A DNA stretch of 64,000 nucleotides from Candidatus Latescibacterota bacterium (GCA_965217585.1 OZ244561.1:5280001-5344000); one strand, 5' to 3'; counted from the stretch's first letter, positions 28,200 through 38,840 are shown. Notes: generated by a model from the sequence alone, not told the origin. Numbers and translations: made by a program.

Positions 28200-29855
28200 T
28201 CAGAAAGCGGTGAGGAAATCGTCGGGTAGGGCCGCCGCCAATTGCTTTTGGTCTACTTGGATCCGATCGGCGTATTGGTGGCGCAGGGTTTCTATATAGG
28301 CTTGGAACCGCTTCTGCTCCTCAGCCCGGCGCAGCACGTCGCCAATCTGCCGACGGACTTGGGCAAAAGGCATGCGCTCCCCCGGCTGGCGGCGGACGAT
28401 CTCGAATACTGAGAAGCCGTCGTGGACTTGTATCGGCCCGACCAACTCGCCCGGCTGCGCGGCTAGGATATGGGACACCAAGTCTGAAGTTTTCTCCAGG
28501 GGAAAGACGCCGCCTCGCGCGCGGGCTCCTCGGCGTTTGCTGCGCTCTTGGGCTATGGCGACGATGTCAGCCCCCGCTTCGATTTGCCGCCGCACGGCTA
28601 GGGCTTCTTCCTCGGTCTCCACCAGCACTTCGGCCACGTCGATCTGGTCCCGACGATGGAAGCGCTGGGTTTGCTCGTCGTAGTAGCGGCGCACGGCATC
28701 TGGGGCGATGGTGATGGATGCCACTACTTTTTGCTGGCGCAATTGGCTTAGTATGACCTCTTCTCGCAGGTGCTGCCGCACCTCTTCGAGGGCCTCTCGG
28801 TCAATCAGATCCTCGTGGCGGGCCGCTGCCGCAAAGATGTAGGGCTGGAGCAGAAAGCGCTCGGCGAGTTGGACCAAGGCGGCGCTGTCGGCTGCGGCGT
28901 TGAGGTTGCGGTTTTTGAGTTGGTCGAGCAGCTCACCTAGAGGCACTTGGCCGCTTGCAAACTTGAACAAAGGCGTCCGTTCTTCCTCTGGCGTCCGTTC
29001 TAAAGCCGCCAACGGCTGGCCTTTTGCCAGCAGGAGGCGCAACCCCGGCGCATGGAGGTTCCAGTCGTATTTGTGGGCCAATTGCTCGGCCCGCGCCGCC
29101 CGCGCTTCGCCGAGTCTTTCCTCTTGCAGTTCTTGGAGAATTTCGTCCCGGAAGTCGAAGTAGGACAACGGCCGTTCCTCAGTAAAGCGCACGACGCAAA
29201 AGCCTGCGGAGTGGGGTAGCACGGGCGATAAGACACCCAATGGCAAATCGTAAAACAGCGAATCGGGAAAGCCCATGCGGCGGATGGATTCCACCCGGAG
29301 CCAGCCTAGTTCGCCCCCGTTGGCCGCGTCGGGCGTGATGGAGTAGCGGGCTGCCACTGCGTCAAACGGGGTGCCGGCGGCCAACTCGGCCACGGCTTGT
29401 TCTAGCTCCGGCCGCTCCTTGGTCATAAGGCCCCAAGTCATCCGCTCGAACGTGCGGTGGAGGCCCTTGCGCTCGAAGCGCTGTTTGATCTCGGTCTCTT
29501 CAACGAGGGGCGGTTGCACGGGTTTGCGTTTGAGATAGAGGGCGACCAAATGCCGACGAATTCTGCGCTCCAGTTGGCGCTGGACTGCAGCCGCGGTGTC
29601 CAAACCGAGGGCTTGGGCTTCCAGCCACATGAGGTGGTAGTCGATGAGAGGTTGGAGGTACTCGCGCCGCGCTGCCGGGCCTTCTTGGCGGCTCCGCTGG
29701 CTTTCGTTCAGCCCTAGGATGTAGGATCGGAGGTCCTCGGCGGTGATGGACCGCGCGCCTATTCGAACCACGATGGGGGATTCCTGTTCACCACAGCCCC
29801 ACAAGAAGGCCCCGATCAGGGCGCAAGCTATCGTAGTGATGCGTACTCTGTCCAT
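28200..29855 (-). CDS. Peptidyl-prolyl cis-trans isomerase, SurA/PrsA/PpiC type, probable lipoprotein
   Basis: FLWGC lipobox; GTPFDAVAARYS...ANGGELGW and GADIVAIAQERS...RGG rotamase-like domains. Confidence 0.85.
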   Translation of the reverse strand: MDRVRITTIACALIGAFLWGCGEQESPIVVRIGARSITAEDLRSYILGLNESQRSRQEGPAARREYLQPLIDYHLMWLEAQALGLDTAAAVQRQLERRIRRHLVALYLKRKPVQPPLVEETEIKQRFERKGLHRTFERMTWGLMTKERPELEQAVAELAAGTPFDAVAARYSITPDAANGGELGWLRVESIRRMGFPDSLFYDLPLGVLSPVLPHSAGFCVVRFTEERPLSYFDFRDEILQELQEERLGEARAARAEQLAHKYDWNLHAPGLRLLLAKGQPLAALERTPEEERTPLFKFASGQVPLGELLDQLKNRNLNAAADSAALVQLAERFLLQPYIFAAAARHEDLIDREALEEVRQHLREEVILSQLRQQKVVASITIAPDAVRRYYDEQTQRFHRRDQIDVAEVLVETEEEALAVRRQIEAGADIVAIAQERSKRRGARARGGVFPLEKTSDLVSHILAAQPGELVGPIQVHDGFSVFEIVRRQPGERMPFAQVRRQIGDVLRRAEEQKRFQAYIETLRHQYADRIQVDQKQLAAALPDDFLTAF

Positions 29856-29856
29856 G

Positions 29857-31914
29857 TCAGTAGACTACGGATAAAGGGTGTGCCCGCAGGTCGTCGCCTT
29901 GGTCCCCGGCCACGGCCACGCCCAACAAGTACACGCCCGGGGGGACGAGTTGGCCACCAACGGCTCGCCCGTCCCAAGTAAGGGCGTAGCGACCGTTGCT
30001 GAGCGCCGTCTGCTGTAGGGTATGTACCACTCGGCCCGACAGGTCGTACAGGCGCACGGCGACGGCACCGGCCTTGGTCAGCGCCAAGATGTTATAGGCG
30101 ATAGCGACTTGGTCGTTGATCCCATCGCCGTTGGGCGTGAAGGGGTTGGGTGTCAACTCGAGGGCATCAATCAGCCGTTCGCTGCGAATTATCGAGGGAC
30201 TGAGTACCGTGGTACCGGAGCGGGTGGGCTGGTCCTCGGTCCCCAAGTCGGCGCTATTGCCCGAAGTAGAGTTTTGAAACGAACCGGGTTCGCTCGACAG
30301 CGAGGCCTGCCCGCGAAATTCGGTGCTGAAGGCCAGCACGGACGCGCGAAACGCAATTTTCAGTAGACTGTCATCGGCTTGGATGCGTGGAAAGCGCACG
30401 CTGAAGCGGTCCTCTGCAATGGCGTTGATGGCGAGCCCCGAACCGCCAGCGGTATCGCCTTGAGCAAAGGCGTGGGAGGCGACTAACTCGCCTTGGGCAT
30501 TGAGAATTTCCACCTGTTCCACCTGTTCCACCCGAATGGGGGTAGTTATCGCAAAAGTATCGAATCCCAGTAGGTTGGGCGAATCCATGCGCATCCGCAC
30601 GGCGTAAGTAAAGGACGTAGAGGTCGAAACCTCTACTTGGCGGGGAAAAATCTCGGCGACGAATTCGTCGGCAAGCGGTGGAGTCAAGTGCGAAAGGGAA
30701 ATGCGCTCGAGACGGCGCGCCGAATGGATGTCGTTGCTCAGAGCGATGACGCGGAACTGGAGGAAGTGCCGCGGCGAAGGGGAGATGATCGGGGTGCCTT
30801 GGGGAGACGTGCCCTCGTCGAGTGGATAGGGAGGGCTCCAGGGGCTCCAGTTTTCTAAATCGTCCTTGATCGAGCCTTTGGCCCACGTGACGCCATTAGC
30901 ATCTACTACGGGGAGTCGTTCGTACTCGTCTAGATGCATGGGCGCGGTGGGATCGGCGATGGAGAAGGGGATCTCTGGGTCGGTGCGCTTGTCCGTGCGC
31001 CGGCGGTGAAAGATAAAAGGCGTATCGTCATTGCCGCTGCGAGTAGAAATCAGCAGGCTGGACTGGGCCGAGTCTCCCACGGCTTTTTCCACCCAACGAA
31101 TGCGACCCCAAGCCGAAAGGCCCGGGGCGAAAATATCCGAGAAGTACGTAGCCGTCGGCAAAAAGCCGGTGCCGTAGATTTCGATCTCGTCTATTTCAAA
31201 GGGGATAGGGGTGGCCGAGCGCAGGCGGAAGGAGCGGATATAGCGGGGTGGATCGAATTCGATGTCAACGACGGGTTGGGTGTTTTGGGCTTCCTCCACT
31301 ATGGGCGTGCCCCACAGGGGAAAACCGTCGGCCGTGAGATTGAGCCCGTCGTTGACGAACAACTCAAACGCGCGCAAAAAGTCGTTCTGAAAAGCGGCTG
31401 TGGGCGCGGGATGGATCGTATTGCGCGGATAGAAGCGGAAGCGATTGACGCCGAAGCGGGCCCCTAAGTCGCCGATGATGAGGGTGCCGCGCACGTCGCC
31501 ACTTTTGCGCTCAAAGGCTTGGGTCTCACCGCCAGCTAGGTCGCTGAGAATTTCGGCGAGGGCCTCGGTGAGATCCTCGCGGGTGAAGTCGGCTGTGAAG
31601 CGCAGCACCGTAGGGGCGGCTATGGTGCCGCCGCGTTCGAGGGTGCCCGAAGCGATGTTTTCGCCCTCTTGCAGTTCCCGAGGCGCTAAGACTCGATGAG
31701 CGAAGTCGATGAGCTCACCTGGAGCGTTGCCTATCAGGACTTCGTTGGGATCGACCAAGCTGCGGTATTCTGGGTCCAGCGTGCCGATAGCAGCACCGGT
31801 GCCATCCCAGTCAATGGGGGCGTCCAAGCCCACACTGAGCGTATCCAAAGCCCCAGCCGGGGCCGTGAGGACGAGGGCTGCTAGGCTTTGGCCAAGCAGG
31901 CGGCTTCTTAACAT
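29857..31914 (-). CDS. Secreted FlgD-Ig/CHU_C-like C-terminal domain protein (paralog 2 of 6)
   Basis: DLGARFGVNRFRFYPR, WSPWSPPY, SPSPRHFLQ, PNPFTPNGDGIND, YDLSGR, WDGR, VPPGVY, terminal SVVY. Confidence 0.8.
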   Translation of the reverse strand: MLRSRLLGQSLAALVLTAPAGALDTLSVGLDAPIDWDGTGAAIGTLDPEYRSLVDPNEVLIGNAPGELIDFAHRVLAPRELQEGENIASGTLERGGTIAAPTVLRFTADFTREDLTEALAEILSDLAGGETQAFERKSGDVRGTLIIGDLGARFGVNRFRFYPRNTIHPAPTAAFQNDFLRAFELFVNDGLNLTADGFPLWGTPIVEEAQNTQPVVDIEFDPPRYIRSFRLRSATPIPFEIDEIEIYGTGFLPTATYFSDIFAPGLSAWGRIRWVEKAVGDSAQSSLLISTRSGNDDTPFIFHRRRTDKRTDPEIPFSIADPTAPMHLDEYERLPVVDANGVTWAKGSIKDDLENWSPWSPPYPLDEGTSPQGTPIISPSPRHFLQFRVIALSNDIHSARRLERISLSHLTPPLADEFVAEIFPRQVEVSTSTSFTYAVRMRMDSPNLLGFDTFAITTPIRVEQVEQVEILNAQGELVASHAFAQGDTAGGSGLAINAIAEDRFSVRFPRIQADDSLLKIAFRASVLAFSTEFRGQASLSSEPGSFQNSTSGNSADLGTEDQPTRSGTTVLSPSIIRSERLIDALELTPNPFTPNGDGINDQVAIAYNILALTKAGAVAVRLYDLSGRVVHTLQQTALSNGRYALTWDGRAVGGQLVPPGVYLLGVAVAGDQGDDLRAHPLSVVY

Positions 31915-31935
31915 GCTCAGGCTCCTCGTGCAAGC

Positions 31936-34098
31936 TCAGTAGGCGACTGCAATAGTGCCAACTTGTTCTTCTGCGCCTTCGTCGGTGTCTATTCGAATGC
32001 GGTAAACATAGACCCCTGGGGGCACCAGACCGCCGTCGGCCCGGCGTCCATCCCAAGTGTACTCTACCGCCCCGGTTTTGATCTGCGTAGTAGCCAAGGT
32101 CTGGACCTGACGGCCCGATAGGTCATACAGGGCCACTTGCAGGGGCCGACGCGCGACCACTTCGCGCACGTCAAAGGACAGCCGCGTGGCGTCGTTAACC
32201 CGGTCGCCGTTGGGGGTAAAAGGGTTGGGATGCACCCGCACATCCGCCAACAGCCGACCACCTACTCGGGTGCGCACGGCCAGCACGTCGCCAGAGTAGC
32301 GGAAGGTGGCGTTGCCCGGCTGTACCTTCTGTTTGATACGATCGGGATCGTCGCTGTTGTACACCCAGCTAGAAAATTCAGTACCGAAGCGCAGTACCGG
32401 CACTTTGAAGGCGACCTCTACCTGCTTGAAGCGGTCGGTTTCCGGACTTGATAGCTTGCGGTCTAGCGCCACGATGAGGCGGTCGGTTAGCACTTGGGGC
32501 GGGAAGGCCGCCAGATCGACCTCTACGCCGCCGATTTTGACGTGATAGACGGTGTCAACTTGGGTATAGGTGCCGATCTCGAGCCGGTCGAAGCCCGTGT
32601 CGCCGGTCTGGAAATCCGGGCGTACCACGTAAGTGAAGCGCTGGGAGCGGGCGTCGTGGACTTCGACCGGCCAGATTTCGCCCAGCAGGGCAGAAGCCGA
32701 CAGGGAGTGGGCTAGCTGAAACTGTAGTTCGTTGAGGCGGGGGGCCTCGGTTTCGGTGGCAAACAAGGTGATCTGCAACTGCATATAGCGTCGCGGGGAG
32801 GGCGACTGGAGGACCGTGCCGTCGGCCCAAGCAGCCGCTTCCTGAGCGTGGTCGCGCAAGCCGTCCTCAAAGTCGTAGGGAGGCGACCAATAGCTCCAGT
32901 GGTCGCGGTCGTATAGTGGGGGTTCGCGGTCGCGGACGGGCAGGCTGAAGTGCTCGTCAAAGCTAATTTCCTCGGCATCGTCGGTAATGGCGTTGGGCTG
33001 CCAGTAGATATGGGGATTGTGGTCGGTGCCCGTGCGGGTGCGGATTTCGACTTGGGTGCCGGGCGGTCGCTGGCCACTCCAGCGGATTTTGCCCCAGTTG
33101 ATGGGTTGGCCAAAGTCGAGGATGTCGGTTAGATAGCGGGCTTTGCGCACAAAGCCTTGTCCGTAGATCTCTACTTCGGCGATTTCCCAGTCGCGCACCG
33201 GATCCAAGGCGCGGATGGCCACCCAGCGGATGTGCTGCAGGGGGAAGCGAAAGTCGACCACCACATCGAGGTTTTCGCGCACGCTGCGCAGAATGGTATA
33301 ATCCGGATCGTTGCTCACCCGGTAGCCGCCGAGGCCAGCCGAGGAGAGGACTTTGTGCCAGCGCAGTCCTTTGGGGACCGTGAAGGCATCGTCGGCGATG
33401 GGAGCACTGTTGTCGGCTATGCCTATTTCATACCACTCGAGAAAATTGGCGGCAAAGCTCTCCTCGCCAAATGTGTCGGGATCGGGCTTGGGCTCGGCCA
33501 TGGCGGCGATGATATGGGCATCTTCGGTCTTGCTGAGCCGGGGGTAGAAGCGGATGCGGTTGATGGGCATTTCAGCGCCGAAATTGGTAATGGTGTTGTT
33601 GCGGAAGCCGCGTCCCACCCCCGGGGGTGCTCCCTCGCGCTGGACGAAAATGCGAAACATGGCCGAGGTGCGGTCGCCGTCGTAGGCCAGCAGAGTGCTG
33701 GGCAGGGTCATGCCCATGAAACCTGAACTCTCGCCTTGGGTGACGCGGATATTGCCGCCCAGATCGTGAAAGGGCACTTGGCTCTGGCCGTTCTGGTCCC
33801 AACTGACGATGTGGGTCAGGTTCAAGTTGGGATCAACCCAAGACGGAGTCATGCTGCCGTCGGCGTAGTTGATCAGGGTGTCGGCGCCAACCCACTGGGC
33901 GGACGTGCCCACTGACTCGGTTCGCACGACTTGACCGTCGGGGCCGTACACAGTGTAGAAGCCGCCTTCTTCGCCCTCCAGAGCGAGGGGGATGGTCCAG
34001 GGGTTGCCGTCCGCTCCGCCTAGCGCGAACTCGGCCCAATCGCCCCGTGCCGGACTCGCCAGCGCAACGACCAGCCATAACGCCCCGTGTTTTCTCAT
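31936..34098 (-). CDS. Secreted FlgD-Ig/CHU_C-like C-terminal domain protein (paralog 3 of 6)
   Basis: ATG at 34098 with signal peptide; INRIRFYPR, WSYWSPPY, SPSPRRYMQ, PNPFTPNGDRVND, terminal AVAY. Confidence 0.8.
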   Translation of the reverse strand: MRKHGALWLVVALASPARGDWAEFALGGADGNPWTIPLALEGEEGGFYTVYGPDGQVVRTESVGTSAQWVGADTLINYADGSMTPSWVDPNLNLTHIVSWDQNGQSQVPFHDLGGNIRVTQGESSGFMGMTLPSTLLAYDGDRTSAMFRIFVQREGAPPGVGRGFRNNTITNFGAEMPINRIRFYPRLSKTEDAHIIAAMAEPKPDPDTFGEESFAANFLEWYEIGIADNSAPIADDAFTVPKGLRWHKVLSSAGLGGYRVSNDPDYTILRSVRENLDVVVDFRFPLQHIRWVAIRALDPVRDWEIAEVEIYGQGFVRKARYLTDILDFGQPINWGKIRWSGQRPPGTQVEIRTRTGTDHNPHIYWQPNAITDDAEEISFDEHFSLPVRDREPPLYDRDHWSYWSPPYDFEDGLRDHAQEAAAWADGTVLQSPSPRRYMQLQITLFATETEAPRLNELQFQLAHSLSASALLGEIWPVEVHDARSQRFTYVVRPDFQTGDTGFDRLEIGTYTQVDTVYHVKIGGVEVDLAAFPPQVLTDRLIVALDRKLSSPETDRFKQVEVAFKVPVLRFGTEFSSWVYNSDDPDRIKQKVQPGNATFRYSGDVLAVRTRVGGRLLADVRVHPNPFTPNGDRVNDATRLSFDVREVVARRPLQVALYDLSGRQVQTLATTQIKTGAVEYTWDGRRADGGLVPPGVYVYRIRIDTDEGAEEQVGTIAVAY

Positions 34099-34135
34099 GC
34101 GGTCCCCTTTGGATGTACGCCTTTGGCAAAGAACG

Positions 34136-34170
34136 AAAAAAGCCCGTGTTCCAGCGAGGAACACGGGCTT
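34136..34170 (-). terminator. Intrinsic terminator downstream of the WGRIK-motif protein gene
   Basis: 13-bp perfect stem aagcccgtgttcc / ggaacacgggctt with a U tract on the minus strand. Confidence 0.85.
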
Positions 34171-34220
34171 CCAAGAGTTGCCCTCTAGCTGGATTGAGGT
34201 GATTCCAGCGGAGATGCGAC

Positions 34221-35147
34221 CTACTTAAAGCGGGACTTAATGCGGCCCCAGCTGTCGTCCTCGACCGCAGTAGAAGCGACAAAGGCCGGATCCGGCTCAG
34301 CCAGAAACCAATCGTTGACGGACGCGCAGCAATTGTCAAGAGTGCTCCAGTAGCCGCAGCAACCGGGTGTGCGATAGTTGTTGAAGTCGCCGTCGTTGTC
34401 GATCTGGACGATGGAAATGTGGATGATCTGACCTTCTTCCAGATCCCATGCTTCCACATCCTCGGGCTGGTAGCCGCCCTCTAGGCCCTTGGGGAACGAG
34501 CCTATGGGCGTGAGGCCCATTTCGTAGTAATAGGTGCTCTCGCCGAATTCGTCGCCATCCCAAGTGTAGTTGAATTCGAGCCAATCGGTGCCGGGCCATA
34601 TCCACTCGGTGCCGGTCAAATCGCCGGGCCGCATCCAGAACCAGTCGCCGAGGGTCGGATGGATGGGCACCGCGAAGTTATAGCGGGTGTTGATGCTGAT
34701 GTTCTCGTCGTTGATGTCGCTGTAGCCGCCGTCATCGGCATAGGCATCGTGGTTATAGGTAAACGACACCTCCCACGAATCGTCCTCGCTCCAGTGACTG
34801 GTGCGGTCCATGTTGTGCTCGTCGTCGAAGGTCTGGGTGGCCATATAGATCTTGTTGTCCGTGTCGTTCCAGCCGACCCGGTGCAACATGCTGAAGTCGG
34901 TGACGTCCCAGTCGGCGTTGCTCCAGCCTTCGGGCACTAGGCCGCGGGCATCGTTGAAGACCGAGTTGTCGATGCCATAGGAGGCTGGTACCCCGTCCCA
35001 GTCGCCGTGATTGCCGTCGATGGTGGGGGTAGCCCCGTCGGGAAACTGGACGACGAACCAAACTGTGCCGGCATCCCAGTGAGCTTGGCTCGTATTGGGC
35101 AGGGCCGCTAGGGCGAAGACTGCCAAGAGAATAGCAATGCGTTTCAT
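34221..35147 (-). CDS. Acidic secreted protein (CBM9/DOMON-like PTIDG..DW start) with C-terminal AVEDDSWGRIK motif
   Basis: Strong AAGGAGGT RBS, signal peptide, PTIDGNHGDW, VGWND..NKIY, terminal AVEDDSWGRIKSRFK. Confidence 0.7.
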   Translation of the reverse strand: MKRIAILLAVFALAALPNTSQAHWDAGTVWFVVQFPDGATPTIDGNHGDWDGVPASYGIDNSVFNDARGLVPEGWSNADWDVTDFSMLHRVGWNDTDNKIYMATQTFDDEHNMDRTSHWSEDDSWEVSFTYNHDAYADDGGYSDINDENISINTRYNFAVPIHPTLGDWFWMRPGDLTGTEWIWPGTDWLEFNYTWDGDEFGESTYYYEMGLTPIGSFPKGLEGGYQPEDVEAWDLEEGQIIHISIVQIDNDGDFNNYRTPGCCGYWSTLDNCCASVNDWFLAEPDPAFVASTAVEDDSWGRIKSRFK

Positions 35148-35265
35148 GAACCCACCTCCTTAGGATGAGTTAGATGAAATAGGAAAAGTGCCTCGTGCCT
35201 GCAAATTCTTATATAGGATACGGTGAATAAACCGCAATCTCAAGCAAAAAGTGAGTAGGGTTCCG

Positions 35266-37206
35266 TTAGTAGTAGAGAGGGATGCGGTTGCCCACCATGC
35301 CGGTAAGTCCGTCGATGACCAACCAGACGCCGCCGATAACTATGTGGCCCAAGGCAAGGCCTAAAAAAAACGGCAGAGTCTGGCGGTACAAACCCACGCC
35401 CCCGTACTTGAGCACCAAGCTTTTAAAGAGCCAGGCCAAAAAAAGAGTGAACCAAATCCCGTCCATCACCCGGCCGTGGCTGACCAGGAATCCGAGCGGA
35501 TGGAACGGCCACCACAAAAACTGATGCCGGGCCACAAGCAGCAGCCCCATAATCAGCCCCCCCCCGGCCATCCACAAGTACCCGCTCAGGCTAGGACCGG
35601 TGGGATTGATGATCTTTTCGAGGGCAAAGCGGGACGGCTCTTCGGAATAGTGTTGGGAAATGAGTAGGTTCATCGAGCCGTAGCGGTAGGCGAGGTAAAT
35701 GGTGAACCACGCCGACAGGACTAAGGCGATGACCATGGCCAAGCCCACGGCCCACGTCAGGCGGCGCTGGCCGCTTTGCAACTCGCTGCCGAGGCGCAGG
35801 CCGTGGGCCAAGGGGGCCATCATAAAAACCAACAGGTCGCCGCACCACACCATCGTGTAGCCGGTGGCGACCATGCCCTTTACGCCCAAAGCCGGCACGC
35901 CTATGCTGGACACGGCAAAGCCCGCCGGGATCATATTGGCTTTGAAGATCGGCAGCCCGGTCTCGGAAATGACCCGGGCTAGGCCGATGAAGATGACCAA
36001 GCCAGCAAAGAGGAACACCGGGACAATCCAAGCGGGAATGCCGGTCTGCCACAGCCATAGCCACATGCCGGCAATGCCACAAACTGCGCCGCAGACGGCG
36101 GCCCGATAGGACATGATCTCGTCGCCGTCTTCTACTGGGGCGTCTCCTCGCCAAGCCTTTTGCAGGACCCGTTTGAAATGGGGTCGGCCTACCCATAGCC
36201 CCGAGAGGACCAAGACGATGAGGGCCCCCATCATCTGGTGCCCCATGCCCGGTTCGGTCCACCAGCCCAATTCGGCTTGGGTGTTTTGCAGGCCGTGGTA
36301 AAACAGCAGCCCTTCCTGTAGCTGGTGCAGCAAATAAAAAAACCACAAGCTGAAGCCGATCTGAGTATTGATGAAGTAACCAAAGCCCAGCATGAGAAAA
36401 TTGAGCCCAAAGGTCAGGAAAATACTCTGGCGAAACACGTCGATGGAGGACCTGAGGACGACTTGGGGGAACCAGGGAAAGTAATTGTGCAGAGCGAAAA
36501 AACTCATAAAGACCACCGGGATGGCAAAGCCGAGCCACATGGTCCAACTGCGGAAAAAGGGCTTTGACAGCCGGCCTTGCGGATCGTCGGCCATCATGGC
36601 CAGCGGCACCTGCATGAGCGGGTAAATCAGGCGCTCGTGCTCGACCCACTGGCGGCGCAAAATGACGCTGAGGCAGGTCGCGGCTAGGTACAAGGAGCCG
36701 TAGAGCAGCAGCCAAGCACCCAAAGGAGGCAACCAATGCGCCCAAGGGATCCCGCCGCCGCGGCTGGCTCCTTCGTAAAATTCTTTAACCGCTTCGGGGT
36801 TGGCCACCAAGATCCAGCGGGGGAGCCACGGATGGATTTGGTTGACCCAATCGTTTTCCGGGGTAGCGTAGTAGAAAGTGCCCGTAATCATGGGCATGAG
36901 CAGGCCGTTGACGCCTTTGGTGGGAATGGCCGCAGCCACCATCATCATGGTGAAGATGGTAATCAACTCGCCCCGCTTGAGAGCCCAGCCGCGCCGGCAC
37001 CAGCCCAAGACCAGATGCAGGGTCAGCAGCAGCACGAAAAACAGGAAAAACGCAATCGGGGTAGCTGAAGTCAGGGCCAGCGAAGTGCCTTGGATTAGCT
37101 GGCGTCCGTAGGGTGCGCCAATGGCAATGACGGCGCACAGGACGCAGCCAATGAAGATGCCGCGTCCGGTCACGTGGGCAGCAAGGGGCGGTTGCGGACG
37201 CGACAT
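35266..37206 (-). CDS. DUF6785/DUF6784-like multi-pass membrane protein, possibly OPT-like transporter (paralog 1 of 4)
   Basis: GELITIF, YYATPEN.W, LRRQWVEHERLIYPLMQVP, RVISETG, WWPFHPLGF, LKYGG..LY...PFFLG. Confidence 0.75.
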   Translation of the reverse strand: MSRPQPPLAAHVTGRGIFIGCVLCAVIAIGAPYGRQLIQGTSLALTSATPIAFFLFFVLLLTLHLVLGWCRRGWALKRGELITIFTMMMVAAAIPTKGVNGLLMPMITGTFYYATPENDWVNQIHPWLPRWILVANPEAVKEFYEGASRGGGIPWAHWLPPLGAWLLLYGSLYLAATCLSVILRRQWVEHERLIYPLMQVPLAMMADDPQGRLSKPFFRSWTMWLGFAIPVVFMSFFALHNYFPWFPQVVLRSSIDVFRQSIFLTFGLNFLMLGFGYFINTQIGFSLWFFYLLHQLQEGLLFYHGLQNTQAELGWWTEPGMGHQMMGALIVLVLSGLWVGRPHFKRVLQKAWRGDAPVEDGDEIMSYRAAVCGAVCGIAGMWLWLWQTGIPAWIVPVFLFAGLVIFIGLARVISETGLPIFKANMIPAGFAVSSIGVPALGVKGMVATGYTMVWCGDLLVFMMAPLAHGLRLGSELQSGQRRLTWAVGLAMVIALVLSAWFTIYLAYRYGSMNLLISQHYSEEPSRFALEKIINPTGPSLSGYLWMAGGGLIMGLLLVARHQFLWWPFHPLGFLVSHGRVMDGIWFTLFLAWLFKSLVLKYGGVGLYRQTLPFFLGLALGHIVIGGVWLVIDGLTGMVGNRIPLYY

Positions 37207-37295
37207 GGGCTAGTTGGCATGGTGTAGAGGATGCTTTGCAATTCGCTGCGGATAGGCTACTAACTTCTCCGCTAGATGCCAAACGCCGGGCGCGG

Positions 37296-38837
37296 TTACG
37301 GCTGGCGGAACTCTGGCTTTAGCTCGTAGAAGTTGAGGTACTGTCCCGGGGCAAGCTGGACCGAGCGGGGCCGGTAGCGTGCAAAAATCAGTTCGGTGGC
37401 AAACAGGTCCTGTTCCCGCGCCCAGATGTGGGGGTTGTCGTAGGGAATAAAGGGCCGCTTGCGGGGGTCGCGGGGCTGCTCGGTCACATCGACATTGCCC
37501 AGTAGGAGATACGTGGGCCGGCGTCGGAGGACGTACTGGCCGTCGTGCTTTTCGTGGCCGGCCCAACCCCGGCCTAGGCTCGATAGGTTGCGCCGGGCAA
37601 TGTGTCGGTCGGTCAGGCCCAGCATATCGCGCACTTCGAGCTTGGAGTAATATGCCACCGCGCCAATGGGCACGACGGCAATGCTGGCCCCTGCTGGCGC
37701 ACTGGCAGCGAACCACTGGCCCACCCGGGTCCAGCGGGGAATTTCCACCTGTTGGTGAAATTGATACGCGCTGTAGTGCGACTTGAGGCGCGGCGGCGAC
37801 CAATGGGTATAAGCCCAAGCGCAGCCCAGCACCACCGCCAGGGCCACCCCGCTTTTGCGGGCTGCCAAAAGCGAGGGCCGCGCCAAGTCGGAGACAAAGG
37901 CTGCGGCCAAGGCCGCGAACAGGGGCACTGGGGCCAGCGCAAAGCGATACATGGGGAGGCCGTCCCCGCCCAACCACGCGACGGCCAGCCAAAAGAGCAA
38001 CCAGCCGACGGCCACCAAGCGCATCCCGGCCGTGCGGCGCAAAAGGGCAAAAAGCGCCAGTCCGACCAGTAGCAGCAGGCCTTCGTGATCGGCGGCGTAG
38101 TCGCGTAGATAGTCCAGCCCGCGCTGTACTTGGGCCCAGCCTCCACCGGTTTTGGCGTAGTATGTATTGGGCAGCCAGTCCCCGTAGTACCAGCGGCGAA
38201 ACCCCAAGAAAAGGGCGTACGGGCCGCCGCCAACAAGGAGCCACGGCAGCCACGAGCGGCTCTCGCCCCGCTTGGCCCGCAAGAGTTGGTGGCAGCCTAA
38301 AACAAGTAAGACTAGCAGACCCTCCGGCCGGGCTAGGGTAGCGGCGGCAGTCAAACTAGCCGAGGCCCAGTAGCCCCCGGCCAAGGCGGTAGCAAAAGCA
38401 GTGGCAATCAGGCAGGCAAAGAGCGCAGTCTCCATGCCCGAGGCGGCCCAGCAAGCAAAAGAGCCGTTAAAGGCCAGCAAGGCCGGAGCGATCAGGGCGG
38501 TCGGCGGGTCAGCTCCGCACTGGCGGGCCAGCCAATAGGTGGTTGGGAGCGCGAGAACTGAACAGAGCAAGCCGAGGGCGCGGGCGGCTTCTAGCAGATC
38601 AAAACCGCAGGCACCAAACCCGGCCAAAAGCAGGGTCCACAGCGGGCTGGTAAAGCCCTCGACGCGTTCTCCCGGGTTGAAAACCAGCCCGTGTCCGGCG
38701 AGCAGATTGACTGCGTAGCGCAAGCTGATAAAGGCGTCGTCGGAGACGAAGTTGTAGCGCAGAACGTGGAGGACATGTAGCGCAATCAGCGCGACCAAAG
38801 CCCCAGTAATGAGGCGGTTGACAGGGGGCCGGACCAC
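37296..38837 (-). CDS. GT-C membrane glycosyltransferase (AftB-like)
   Basis: SDDAFISLRYA.NL..GHGLVFNPGERVEGFTSPLW, SGMET.LF, RPEG, YYGDWLPNTYYAK, DMLGLTD..IA, GHEK. Confidence 0.8.
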   Translation of the reverse strand: MVRPPVNRLITGALVALIALHVLHVLRYNFVSDDAFISLRYAVNLLAGHGLVFNPGERVEGFTSPLWTLLLAGFGACGFDLLEAARALGLLCSVLALPTTYWLARQCGADPPTALIAPALLAFNGSFACWAASGMETALFACLIATAFATALAGGYWASASLTAAATLARPEGLLVLLVLGCHQLLRAKRGESRSWLPWLLVGGGPYALFLGFRRWYYGDWLPNTYYAKTGGGWAQVQRGLDYLRDYAADHEGLLLLVGLALFALLRRTAGMRLVAVGWLLFWLAVAWLGGDGLPMYRFALAPVPLFAALAAAFVSDLARPSLLAARKSGVALAVVLGCAWAYTHWSPPRLKSHYSAYQFHQQVEIPRWTRVGQWFAASAPAGASIAVVPIGAVAYYSKLEVRDMLGLTDRHIARRNLSSLGRGWAGHEKHDGQYVLRRRPTYLLLGNVDVTEQPRDPRKRPFIPYDNPHIWAREQDLFATELIFARYRPRSVQLAPGQYLNFYELKPEFRQP

Positions 38838-38840
38838 GGC

